DNA from: an uncultured Pelagibacteraceae bacterium
GTDB lineage: Bacteria > Pseudomonadota > Alphaproteobacteria > Pelagibacterales > Pelagibacteraceae
NCBI GenBank assembly: GCA_902554035.1
Contig: CACDMX010000001.1
Coordinates: 58,243-122,242, forward strand
Reading direction: 5' to 3'
Length of the DNA: 64,000 nt
Shown here: positions 27,613-38,819 of the stretch, piece after piece
Numbering within the stretch: position 1 is the stretch's first letter
How the letters are laid out: each line of letters begins with the position of its first letter
Notes under the pieces: generated by a model
Seen by the model: the letters and a program-made list of their open reading frames with translations, nothing else
What the model was told of the DNA's origin: nothing
Databases searched by the model: none
Made by a program: the position numbers and the translations under genes

Positions 27613-28097
27613 GATAATATTTCTAATAATTCTTGTTTAAGTCTTTTATAAACATTAAGCTTAAAATTTACAGCTATTTTTGTTAAATCATTTATATCAA
27701 TCCACTTCCAATCTAAAAATTCAGGTTTTTTTGTGTTGATATTAATTTCAGAATCATCTCCAAAAAATTTTACTATAAACCATTTTTGAATTTGTCCTTT
27801 AAATTTACCTTTCCAGATTATTCCAATTAATTCTTCTGGCAATATATAGGTGAGCTTATTATCAATTTCTTTAATAAATTCTACACTAACTATACTTGTT
27901 TCTTCTTTTAATTCTCTCAGGGCAGCCTCATAGTATTCTTCACCATCATCCATACCTCCTTGAGGCATCTGCCAAAAATTTTTAGGATTATCAATCCTTT
28001 TGGCAACAAAAACTTTATTTTCGTTGTTTAGCACTATTATTCCTACCCCTTTTCTTAATGGAAGTTTTTCAAAGTTTTTATTTTTCTTAATCATCAA
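27609..28097 (-). CDS. rppH: RNA pyrophosphohydrolase (Nudix)
   Basis: WQMPQGGMD and Nudix box ALRELKEET, GQIQKWF, PEF..W.W. Confidence 0.93.
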   Translation of the reverse strand: MMIKKNKNFEKLPLRKGVGIIVLNNENKVFVAKRIDNPKNFWQMPQGGMDDGEEYYEAALRELKEETSIVSVEFIKEIDNKLTYILPEELIGIIWKGKFKGQIQKWFIVKFFGDDSEININTKKPEFLDWKWIDINDLTKIAVNFKLNVYKRLKQELLEILS

Positions 28098-29223
28098 GAA
28101 GCTTTAATGCAAATTTGAGTTGATTATCGCTTTCTGTATTAATTTTAAAATCCTCAGTTTCTTCAGTTACTTCAATATCAGGCACTACCCCTACTTCTGA
28201 AATTGATTTTCCTGATGGAAGAAAATATTTTGAAATAGTAAGTCTTATAGCCCCCTTATTTTTTAAAGGTATAATTGATTGAACTGAGCCCTTTCCGTAA
28301 CTTTTTTCACCAATAATTATTGCTCTTTTATGATCTTTTAAAGCTCCTGCCACAATTTCTGATGCTGAAGCTGACCCATAATTAATCAAGACAATTAAGG
28401 TTTTTCCATCAATTATGTCCCCATCATTTGCAAAAAATTTTTTATTCTCTATTTTATTTCTACTTTTTGTAGATACTATTTCTCCTTCATCTAAAAAAAA
28501 ATCTGAAATTTTTATTGCTTGCGAAAGTAAGCCACCAGGATTATTTCTTAAGTCTAAAATATAACTTTTTACCTTCTTGTTTTTTTTAATTATATTTATT
28601 TTTTTTTTAATCTGATTGCTGCTATTTTCATTAAAGGCATTTAATTTTAAGTATCCAATTTTGTCCTCTAATACTTCTGATTTTACTGATTGAATTTTTA
28701 TAACTTCTCTTGTTATATTAAAAATTAATGCTTTTTTAACACCTTTTCTTCTTACTGTAATTTCAATATCTGTTCCAACTTTTCCTCTCATTAACTCTAC
28801 TGCGTCAGACAGCGATTTTCCTTGAACTTGGACATCATTAATTTTAACTATGTAATCACCAGCTTTTATTCCGGCTTTTGATGCAGGTGTATCCTCAATT
28901 GGGGCAATTACTTTTACTACACCAGCTTCCATGCCTACTTCAATCCCTAAGCCCCCAAATTCACCGCTGGTCTCAGTTTGCATATTAAGAAGCATTTCAG
29001 GCGACATGTATGAAGAGTATGGGTCTAAAGATTGTAAAACACCATCAATGGCCGCATCCATTACTTCGTTTTGATCAATTTCTTCTACATATTCATTATT
29101 AATTTTGTTAAGTACTTCGCTAAACAAATCAATTTTATCATATAATTTTGTATTATTAGCAGATAAGCTTTGGTTAAAATAAATAAAGAAAAAAATTACA
29201 GTTATATAAAAATATTTTTTCAT
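28087..29223 (-). CDS. ctpA: carboxyl-terminal processing protease (S41, PDZ)
   Basis: Signal peptide, LDPYS, GGLGIE PDZ, DLRNNPGG, SASASE, catalytic Lys in GKGSVQ. Confidence 0.93.
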   Translation of the reverse strand: MKKYFYITVIFFFIYFNQSLSANNTKLYDKIDLFSEVLNKINNEYVEEIDQNEVMDAAIDGVLQSLDPYSSYMSPEMLLNMQTETSGEFGGLGIEVGMEAGVVKVIAPIEDTPASKAGIKAGDYIVKINDVQVQGKSLSDAVELMRGKVGTDIEITVRRKGVKKALIFNITREVIKIQSVKSEVLEDKIGYLKLNAFNENSSNQIKKKINIIKKNKKVKSYILDLRNNPGGLLSQAIKISDFFLDEGEIVSTKSRNKIENKKFFANDGDIIDGKTLIVLINYGSASASEIVAGALKDHKRAIIIGEKSYGKGSVQSIIPLKNKGAIRLTISKYFLPSGKSISEVGVVPDIEVTEETEDFKINTESDNQLKFALKLLDD

Positions 29224-29570
29224 ATAGTTACTTTTTCTTTTGGTATTAATTCAGACCACATCTTCTCTAATTCATAAAACTTTCTTTTTTCTGGATTAAA
29301 AATATGGACTATAAGGTCTATACCATCTATGAGTTTCCATTCACTACTGTCTGATCCTTCTATTTTACAATTTTTGACCCCACTATTTTTTAATTTAATT
29401 AGTACTTGTTCAGATAGAGCCTGGATATGTCTCGAAGATGTACCACTCGCTATAATCATGTAATCAGCTATTGAGCTCTTATTCGAAAGATCTATACTTA
29501 TTACGTCTAGCGCCTTATTATTATCCAATGTTTTTAAAATTGCGTTTTTAAGATCAGTAATTTTATCCAT
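29220..29570 (-). CDS. rsfS: ribosome silencing factor (Iojap)
   Basis: KALD, DYMIIASGTSSRH, WKLID, VHIF..E.R.FY.LEKMW. Confidence 0.96.
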   Translation of the reverse strand: MDKITDLKNAILKTLDNNKALDVISIDLSNKSSIADYMIIASGTSSRHIQALSEQVLIKLKNSGVKNCKIEGSDSSEWKLIDGIDLIVHIFNPEKRKFYELEKMWSELIPKEKVTI

Positions 29571-29587
29571 TAAATATCAAAACTCTA

Positions 29588-30121
29588 TCAAATTTTTCTC
29601 AATTTAGAAGACGAAATATTGACTTTTTTAAAATTAACAAACTTTAAATTTTTTCGTTTTAGGTGCTTAAATGCAATTGATTTTAAAGCCTTAGATTTAT
29701 ATCCAGATCTATCAAAAACTAAAATATTACATTTTTTTGATATCAACTTCCATTTATACCACTTATGGAAATCAATCAGATTATCTGCTCCAATAATTAA
29801 AAAAATATTATAATTATTACATCTTTTTAAATAATTAATTAAATTAATCATTCTTTTGGATTTTATTTTATTTTCATAAAATTTTACTTTAATAAATTTT
29901 TTAAATTTTGTTATTTTTTCTGATAATTTAACTCTTCTATTTAAACTAAATATACTCTTATTTTTAAATGGATTTTTTTTGGTAACGGCCCAAATTATAT
30001 AATCTAATTTAAATTTTTTTTTGCTTTCAATAGATATTGCTAAGTGCCCTTTGTGCGGAGGATCAAAGGTCCCACCTAATAATCCTATATTTTTCAATTT
30101 TTTTTTTGTTTTTATTCTCAA
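29588..30121 (-). CDS. nadD: nicotinate-nucleotide adenylyltransferase (probable TTG start at 30121, just after the proA stop)
   Basis: GGTFDPPHKGH, IIGADN, ISSS.LR; standard proA-nadD-rsfS order. Confidence 0.92.
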   Translation of the reverse strand: MRIKTKKKLKNIGLLGGTFDPPHKGHLAISIESKKKFKLDYIIWAVTKKNPFKNKSIFSLNRRVKLSEKITKFKKFIKVKFYENKIKSKRMINLINYLKRCNNYNIFLIIGADNLIDFHKWYKWKLISKKCNILVFDRSGYKSKALKSIAFKHLKRKNLKFVNFKKVNISSSKLRKI

Positions 30122-30122
30122 T

Positions 30123-31373
30123 TTATTTCCTGGTATGCCCTCTTCCAAAGACTTCATACTTGTATGAAACTAATTGCTTAAGCCCAACAGGCCCTCTCGG
30201 CGGCAGGTTATTCGTTGAGATTCCAATTTCTCCTCCAAACCCAAATTCTCCTCCATCTGCAAACTGGGTAGATGTATTATGCATAACAATTGAGCTGTTT
30301 ATATCCTTTAAAAATTTTTTTGCAGTTTTTTTATTTTTTGTAATTATAGACTCTGTATGCATTGTTCCATATTTATTAATATGTTTTATCGCCTCTTCAC
30401 AACTTTTTACGCATTTTGCAGAAATAGTTGCAGATAAATATTCAGTTGACCAATCTTTATTTTTTGCTGTAAAAACTTTTCCTTTAAAAAATTTTCTTAT
30501 CTGACTATCTCCAATAATTTTACAATTACTTTCTTGTAAATTTTTTAAAACTATATTGCAAAACTTTTTAACTATTTTTCTATGAAATAAAACAGTTTCT
30601 GTTGCGCCACAAATACTTGTATTCCTTAATTTTGCGTTATGTAAAACTTTTTTTGCCATTTTTAAGTCTGCATCCTTATCAATATAAGTGTGGCAAATGC
30701 CTTCCAAATGTCCAATAACAGGTATTTTCGAGATGGAATGAACTCTTTTAATTAAACTTTTTCCACCTCTAGGCACAATGACATCAATTTGGTTAGCCAT
30801 TTTTGATAACATAAAGTCTACAATTTTTCTATTCCTATTATTTATAAATTGAACAAAGTTTTGATCTACGTTATTTTTTTTCAAAGCCTTTCTAAATAAT
30901 GAAACTAAAATATTGTTTGTATTTAATGCCTCTGAACCCCCTCTCAAAATAACTGCATTACCAGATTTAAAGCATAAAGTAGATATATCTGATGTTACGT
31001 TTGGTCTACTCTCATAAATAATACCAATCACACCCATAGGAATTGAAACTTTTTTAATATTTAATCCATTAGGCCTTTTCCATTTTTCCAAAACTTTGTC
31101 TATTGGGTCTTCAAGCTTAATGATATCTCTTACCGATTTTTTGATTACTTCAAATTTTTTTGAATTTAAAACTAATCTATCAATGAGATTTGGCTTAAGT
31201 TTTCTACTCTTAGAAAATCTAATATCTTTTTTATTTTGAAGTAAAATTTTTTCTTTATTTTTTTCTAACAAAAATAAAAAAGTTTTAAGAACCTTATTTT
31301 TTATATTACTATTAATTTTTTTTTCTATTGCTTTTTTGGCTTTTTTTCCAATTTGTCTGATATATTTACTCAT
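30123..31373 (-). CDS. proA: gamma-glutamyl phosphate reductase
   Basis: IYESRPNVT, VPRGG, ICGATET, FADGGEFGFGGEIGIST, RGPVGL. Confidence 0.97.
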   Translation of the reverse strand: MSKYIRQIGKKAKKAIEKKINSNIKNKVLKTFLFLLEKNKEKILLQNKKDIRFSKSRKLKPNLIDRLVLNSKKFEVIKKSVRDIIKLEDPIDKVLEKWKRPNGLNIKKVSIPMGVIGIIYESRPNVTSDISTLCFKSGNAVILRGGSEALNTNNILVSLFRKALKKNNVDQNFVQFINNRNRKIVDFMLSKMANQIDVIVPRGGKSLIKRVHSISKIPVIGHLEGICHTYIDKDADLKMAKKVLHNAKLRNTSICGATETVLFHRKIVKKFCNIVLKNLQESNCKIIGDSQIRKFFKGKVFTAKNKDWSTEYLSATISAKCVKSCEEAIKHINKYGTMHTESIITKNKKTAKKFLKDINSSIVMHNTSTQFADGGEFGFGGEIGISTNNLPPRGPVGLKQLVSYKYEVFGRGHTRK

Positions 31374-31374
31374 T

Positions 31375-33472
<2,098 letters not shown>

Positions 33473-33485
33473 TTAGCTGTACTGA

Positions 33486-33740
33486 CTAATTAGGTTTTAC
33501 TGAAACAAAAGTTCTATCTGATTTTGTTTTTTTAAATTCAACTTTACCTTCGACAAGAGAAAAAATTGAGTGATCTTTACCCATTTTTACATGTTCTCCA
33601 GGAAAAATTTTTGTACCTCTTTGTCTTACTATAATATTACCTGGCAAAACATATTGGCCACCATATTTTTTAACACCAAGTCTACGCCCTGCACTATCTC
33701 GTCCGTTTCTTGATGATCCGCCTGCTTTTTTTGTTGCCAT
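33486..33740 (-). CDS. rpmA: 50S ribosomal protein L27
   Basis: [31 protein letters not shown]. Confidence 0.99.
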   Translation of the reverse strand: MATKKAGGSSRNGRDSAGRRLGVKKYGGQYVLPGNIIVRQRGTKIFPGEHVKMGKDHSIFSLVEGKVEFKKTKSDRTFVSVKPN

Positions 33741-33748
33741 AGATTACC

Positions 33749-34156
33749 TTATAATTTTTTTTGCTGAATTTGCTTTTTTGAAACTTTTGTCTTGTTTGGT
33801 TCGATCATTTTTTCTGCTTCAGATAGCAATTTACCATCTTTTGAAAATATTTTATTAACTCTAATTAAAGAATATTGTTGTCTATGCCCATTTTTTCTTC
33901 TTGAGTTTTTTCTTCTTCTTTTTTTGAAAATTAAAACAGTTCTATTTTTTGAATTTTTTATTAAGTTTGCCTCAACTTTAGCTCCACTTATTAAAGGTGT
34001 TCCAACTTCAATATTATTGTCATCCCCGTATGCTAGAACTTCTTTAAAATTTACAATAGATGAAGACTTAAGTTCTTGGAGTTTCTCTACTTTTAAAATT
34101 TCTCCAGCTTTTACTTTATATTGTTTTCCACCGGTTTTTATAATAGCGTAAGACAT
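33749..34156 (-). CDS. rplU: 50S ribosomal protein L21 with C-terminal extension
   Basis: YAIIKTGGKQYKV, FKKRRRK..R..GHRQ. Confidence 0.99.
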   Translation of the reverse strand: MSYAIIKTGGKQYKVKAGEILKVEKLQELKSSSIVNFKEVLAYGDDNNIEVGTPLISGAKVEANLIKNSKNRTVLIFKKRRRKNSRRKNGHRQQYSLIRVNKIFSKDGKLLSEAEKMIEPNKTKVSKKQIQQKKL

Positions 34157-34182
34157 TGTTAATCAAAAAATTTATAGTCAGC

Positions 34183-34210
34183 AATATAATCTGAGACCTC
34201 TTTTAGTCAA
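34183..34210 (-). promoter_or_regulatory. putative sigma70 promoter of rplU-rpmA-obgE
   Basis: Minus strand TTGACT (34210-34205), 16 nt, TATATT (34188-34183). Confidence 0.6.
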
Positions 34211-34220
34211 GTTTAATAAA

Positions 34221-34940
34221 TTAAAAATTATCCTTTAAATCTCTTAGTTTTGAAAACTTTTCCAAGTTTTCTGACCTTAAGAAAATATTACATTCAATTT
34301 CGTCTTTTATTGTTGTAGGCATTGTTGATAAATTTCTATTCAATCTGTCTTTAATTCTCCGAATTTTTTCTTTAAGATTTTGATTATTTGAATCATGCAC
34401 TAAACAAAATTCAGAATTTTTAAGGGTATATTCATGTCCACAATAGATATTTGTTTCATGAGGTAAGCTTTTAAAAAAATTAAGAGAATTAAACATTTGA
34501 GCATAAGTGCCCTCAAAAATTCTACCACATCCTAAAGAAAACAGTGTATCACCTGAAAATATTTTTTTTTCATTAAAAAAATAAAAACAAATATGACCAC
34601 TCGTATGGCCGGGTATATGTACTATTTTAGCTTGAAAATTTTTCTCCTTCCAAATTTGATTATTTTTTACAGTAAAATCAATTTCAGGAATTCTTTCCTT
34701 ATCATCTTTATATCCAACTACTTTTGCACCATACATTTCTTTTAATTTTTTATTACCGCCCACATGATCATAATGGTGATGAGTATTTAATATAAAACTC
34801 AATTTAATTTTATTTTTTTCTAAAAACTCTATTATTGGAAAAGCTTCACTTGGATCTATTACACAAGAAGTGTTATTTGAATCATCTATTAAAAGATACG
34901 AATAGTTATCTTTAAGACAAGGTATGATTTCTACTCTCAT
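34221..34940 (-). CDS. gloB: hydroxyacylglutathione hydrolase (glyoxalase II)
   Basis: DNYSY, THHHYDHVGG, PGHT.GH, GDTLFSLGCGR.FEG, CGHEYT. Confidence 0.96.
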   Translation of the reverse strand: MRVEIIPCLKDNYSYLLIDDSNNTSCVIDPSEAFPIIEFLEKNKIKLSFILNTHHHYDHVGGNKKLKEMYGAKVVGYKDDKERIPEIDFTVKNNQIWKEKNFQAKIVHIPGHTSGHICFYFFNEKKIFSGDTLFSLGCGRIFEGTYAQMFNSLNFFKSLPHETNIYCGHEYTLKNSEFCLVHDSNNQNLKEKIRRIKDRLNRNLSTMPTTIKDEIECNIFLRSENLEKFSKLRDLKDNF

Positions 34941-35538
34941 TTTGTTTTTCTATAAGAAAAATTCCTAATTCGGAAGATAAATTTTTCCAATTTAAATTAA
35001 GATTGTTTATTTCAGATATTTTTTCGCCATGTAAAGCTAAAGATTTAAATAATTTTATTTTTTTTTTTGAACAAAAATTAAAAAAATCTTTAATTGTGCA
35101 CATATGTAAATTTGGAGTATTATACCATTCATCTGGAAGATTTTTTGTTACAGGCATAGTTCCTTTAATTAAAAGATCTAATCTCACTTTCCAGTAACCA
35201 AAATTTGGGATTGTTATTATAGCTTTATCAGCAACATTTAGAAGATTGTCTATAACTTTTTCCGGATCATAAAACGCCTGGAGTGTTTGACTTAAAATTA
35301 CGTAATTAAAAGAGGAGTTTGGAAATTGTTTTAAATCTTCCTCTGCGTTACCTTCAATAACAGTAAGCCCTTTCGATATACATATTTGAACTTTTTTTTT
35401 TGAAATTTCTAAACCACGAGTATCAACCTTTTTCTGGTCTTTTAAATACTTCATCAGTATTCCATCTCCACATCCCACATCAAGGACTCTCGTATTATTT
35501 TCTATTAATTCAGAAATTATTTGAAATTCTTTTTTCAT
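34912..35538 (-). CDS. metW: methionine biosynthesis protein MetW
   Basis: LDVGCGDG, LSQTLQA, PNFGYW, WYNTPN.H..T..DF; follows metX. Confidence 0.95.
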   Translation of the reverse strand: MKKEFQIISELIENNTRVLDVGCGDGILMKYLKDQKKVDTRGLEISKKKVQICISKGLTVIEGNAEEDLKQFPNSSFNYVILSQTLQAFYDPEKVIDNLLNVADKAIITIPNFGYWKVRLDLLIKGTMPVTKNLPDEWYNTPNLHMCTIKDFFNFCSKKKIKLFKSLALHGEKISEINNLNLNWKNLSSELGIFLIEKQNESRNHTLS

Positions 35539-35543
35539 AATTT

Positions 35544-36653
35544 TTAATAATTTGCATCTAAAAAATTTTTTACTGTTTTTAAAAATTCTGGGACATCTAA
35601 AAGAAAAGAATCATGACCTTTGTCACTAATTATTTCTATAAAGCCAACCTCAGCACCTGATGCATTTAAGGCAATTACAATTTCTTTATTTTCTGCAGTT
35701 GGATATAACCAATCAGAGGTAAAAGAAATAATAAAAAATTTTGTTTTAGAATTTTCAAACGCCTTTGACAAATTTCCATTATACTGCTTTACAAGATCAA
35801 AGTAGTCCATTGCTCTTGTTATATATAAATAACTATTTGCATCAAATCTATCTACAAACATTGAACCTTGATATCTTAGATAGCTTTCAATTTGGAAGTC
35901 TGCATCAAAACTAAAATTTAAATCATCTTTTTCTTGAAGTTTTCTACCAAACTTTTCTTGTAAGCCTTTTTTTGATAAATAAGTGATATGTGCTGCCATT
36001 CTTGCAACTGCTAAGCCTTTATCAGGTGAAGAATTTAAATAAGAATAATTTCCATTTTTCCAATTAACATCCGCCATAATAGATTGTCTACCAAGTTCAT
36101 TAAAGGCAATATTTTGTGCAGAGTGACTTGCAGTACAAGCTATAGGAATTGCAGTTTTTGTTTTGTTAGGAAAGTTCGCAACAAATTGAAGTACTTGCAT
36201 TCCACCCATTGACCCACCTATTACGCTATGAAGTTTATCAATTTTAAAAAAATCTAGTAGGTTGTATTGAGCATTTACCATGTCATTAATTGTTATGACT
36301 GGAAAATCTGTTCCAAATTCTTTATTTGTTTTAGGGTTAATATTTCCTGGACCAAAAGATCCCATGCATCCTCCTATAACATTAGAACAAATTACAAAAA
36401 ATTTGTTTGTATCTAATGCCTTAGATGGACCAATTACATAGGACCACCATCCTTGTTTTTTAGTGATTGGATTTGTGCCAGAGGCAAATTGGTCACCTGT
36501 TAAAGCGTGAAACACCAAAATTGCATTATCTTTTTTTTCATTAAGCTTACCATAAGTTTCATACGCTAGAGGATATTCGACTATTGTCTCTCCACAATCT
36601 AGCTTTAGTGGCTTTTTGACAATAATTTTTTTAATTTTATCTTTAATATTCAT
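35544..36653 (-). CDS. metX: homoserine O-acyltransferase
   Basis: HALTG, NVIGGC.GS, GGSMGG nucleophile, ESYLRYQG..F..RFDAN, GHDSFL. Confidence 0.96.
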   Translation of the reverse strand: MNIKDKIKKIIVKKPLKLDCGETIVEYPLAYETYGKLNEKKDNAILVFHALTGDQFASGTNPITKKQGWWSYVIGPSKALDTNKFFVICSNVIGGCMGSFGPGNINPKTNKEFGTDFPVITINDMVNAQYNLLDFFKIDKLHSVIGGSMGGMQVLQFVANFPNKTKTAIPIACTASHSAQNIAFNELGRQSIMADVNWKNGNYSYLNSSPDKGLAVARMAAHITYLSKKGLQEKFGRKLQEKDDLNFSFDADFQIESYLRYQGSMFVDRFDANSYLYITRAMDYFDLVKQYNGNLSKAFENSKTKFFIISFTSDWLYPTAENKEIVIALNASGAEVGFIEIISDKGHDSFLLDVPEFLKTVKNFLDANY

Positions 36654-36688
36654 ATAGTTTAGCTGATGATTGAATTGTGAGAAAAAAA

Positions 36689-36738
36689 CTTGTTTAGCGG
36701 TTTTTTTTAAGCGCTCGCAATTCAGATAAATCAGCGCA
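36689..36738 (-). ncRNA. SAM-II riboswitch aptamer upstream of metX
   Basis: Minus strand UGCGCU-GAUUU-AUCUGAAUUGCG-AGCGC-UUAAAAAAAACC-GCUAAA-CAAG. P1 GCGCU/AGCGC, conserved GAUUU, UUGC and GCUAAA pseudoknot elements closely follow the known metX SAM-II aptamer. Confidence 0.93.
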
Positions 36739-36743
36739 TATTT

Positions 36744-36772
36744 TTTTTACAAGATCAGTTTCAATATGTCAA
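36744..36772 (-). promoter_or_regulatory. sigma70 promoter of the SAM-II/metX leader
   Basis: TTGACA (36772-36767), 17 nt, TAAAAA (36749-36744). Predicted TSS near 36738 coincides with the aptamer 5' end. Confidence 0.65.
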
Positions 36773-36847
36773 ATTTTTTGTAAAAAAAACTAATTATCTG
36801 TAATGTTTGATTAATTTGTTTATAAGGATAGTTATATAAAAATAATA

Positions 36848-37924
36848 ATGTCTTTGTTAAAATTTAAAAAAATAAAAATAGAAACCTATAAACCTGGTAA
36901 ATCTAAAGTATTTAGGCTTAAAAATATTATTAAGTTATCGGCAAATGAATCTGCTTTAGGCGTTAGCAATAAAGTTCAAAAGGAAATTAATAAAAAAATT
37001 AAACTTTTTGCTTATCCCGATAGCAAGTCAAAAGATTTAAGAAAAAGTATATCAAAAAAATTTAAATGTAAATTTGACAATATAATTTGTGGCGCTGGAT
37101 CAGATGAAATAATACAAATTATTTGTACTTTATTTTTAAAACCAAAAGATGAAGTCATAGTTCCACAATATAGTTTTTTAATGTACAGAATATATTCGAA
37201 AATTGCAGGGGCAAAGGTTGTTTTTTCAAAAGAAAAAAATTTCAAAATTTCTATAGATGAAATTTTAAAAAAGGTATCAAAAAAAACAAAAATAGTTTTT
37301 TTAGCAAACCCTAACAATCCAACAGGAACATATTTAAAAAAGAAAGAATTAATCATATTAAGAAAAAAACTTAGAAGTAATATCCTTCTTGTAGTTGATG
37401 ATGCTTATGTTGAATATATGCGAAATAAAGATTACGAGTCAGGATTAAAATTATTTAAAAACAAAAGCAATGTAATAATACTTCGAACTTTTTCAAAAAT
37501 TTATGGTCTTGCATCACTTAGAATTGGCTGGGGTTACGGACCAAAAAATATAATTGATGCGATGAATAAAATTAAACCTCCTTTTAATGTTAACGCTGTA
37601 GCTCAATCAGCAGCTGTTGTTGCCTTGAATGATAAAAAATTTATCAGCAAATCAATAAAACATAATTTGTTTTGGGCAAAAAAATTTAAAAAAATATTTG
37701 AAAATTATTCAATAAAGTCAAATGAAGTTTCGGCTAACTTTTTGTTATTAAATTTTGATAATTGTAAATTTTCTGCTTCATATATCAAAAAAAAATTAGA
37801 AAATAATGGAATTATTTTGAGAGGAATGAAGTCATATAATATTAAAAATGCTTTAAGGTTAACAATTGGAAATAGTAATGCTAACAATAAAGTAGTAAAT
37901 AATTTTAAAAAAATATTTAGATAA
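36848..37924 (+). CDS. hisC: histidinol-phosphate aminotransferase
   Basis: KLSANES, GSDE, NPNNPTG, DDAY.EY, RTFSKIYGLASLRIG. Confidence 0.95.
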   Translation: MSLLKFKKIKIETYKPGKSKVFRLKNIIKLSANESALGVSNKVQKEINKKIKLFAYPDSKSKDLRKSISKKFKCKFDNIICGAGSDEIIQIICTLFLKPKDEVIVPQYSFLMYRIYSKIAGAKVVFSKEKNFKISIDEILKKVSKKTKIVFLANPNNPTGTYLKKKELIILRKKLRSNILLVVDDAYVEYMRNKDYESGLKLFKNKSNVIILRTFSKIYGLASLRIGWGYGPKNIIDAMNKIKPPFNVNAVAQSAAVVALNDKKFISKSIKHNLFWAKKFKKIFENYSIKSNEVSANFLLLNFDNCKFSASYIKKKLENNGIILRGMKSYNIKNALRLTIGNSNANNKVVNNFKKIFR

Positions 37925-37925
37925 A

Positions 37926-38819
37926 ATGAAAAGTATTCTTATAGTAGGGTGTGGTTTAATTGGTTCCTCTATTTTAAGAGCAGTTAGTGAAAAAAAATTA
38001 TTTAAAAATATCTTTGTTTTTGAAAAATCAAAAAAAAATATATCAATACTAAAAAAATTAAAAATAAAATGTAAAATTATTAATAAGTTAAGCAACATCT
38101 CAAATAATCTTGATTTTATAATTTTTTGTACCCCAATGAGCCAATATTCAAATGTTACTTTAAAAATAAATAAATTAGTTTCTAACAACACAATAATTAC
38201 AGATGTTGGATCAACTAAGGAACAAAGTTTTAAAAATATTAAAAAAATTTTAAAAAAAAATACTACGTTTATACCCTCTCACCCTATAACAGGATCTGAG
38301 GTTAGTGGACCAAAATTTGGAGATAAAAATCTTTTTAAAAATAAGTGGTGTGTTTTAATTAATGAGAAAAATATTAACAAACTTCATTTATCTAAGCTTA
38401 AATCCTTTTGGAAAAAACTAGGATCAAATGTTATTTTTATGAATTCAAAGCAACATGACATAATTTTTTCAATTACTAGCCACTTACCTCATTTAATAGC
38501 TTATAATCTAGTTAAAACAGCCACTGATTTTGAAAAACAAAAAAAATATAATTTAATTAAGTTTAGTGCAGGAGGATTAAGAGACTTTTCACGTATAGCT
38601 GCTAGTAATGAAATTATGTGGAGAGATATCTTTTTTAGTAATAAAAAAAATATGATTTCAGCTATTAATTTATTTATTAAGAATCTAAATTCGTTTAAAA
38701 ATGATATTACTTTAAAAAAAAATAAACAAATAATTAATAAATTAATCAACACTAAAAAAGTTAGAAAAAAAATTATACAACTAAAACAAGATATAAATAA
38801 ACCAGATTTTGGTAGATGA
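37926..38819 (+). CDS. tyrC: prephenate/cyclohexadienyl dehydrogenase (TyrA family)
   Basis: GCGLIG, TDVGSTK, HPITGSE.SG, HD....TSHLPH, GGLRDFSRIA.S...MWRDI. Confidence 0.9.
   Translation: MKSILIVGCGLIGSSILRAVSEKKLFKNIFVFEKSKKNISILKKLKIKCKIINKLSNISNNLDFIIFCTPMSQYSNVTLKINKLVSNNTIITDVGSTKEQSFKNIKKILKKNTTFIPSHPITGSEVSGPKFGDKNLFKNKWCVLINEKNINKLHLSKLKSFWKKLGSNVIFMNSKQHDIIFSITSHLPHLIAYNLVKTATDFEKQKKYNLIKFSAGGLRDFSRIAASNEIMWRDIFFSNKKNMISAINLFIKNLNSFKNDITLKKNKQIINKLINTKKVRKKIIQLKQDINKPDFGR

Noticed and set aside
33749-33860. C-terminal extension on L21
   Set aside because: Variable Lys-rich extensions are common in alphaproteobacterial L21.
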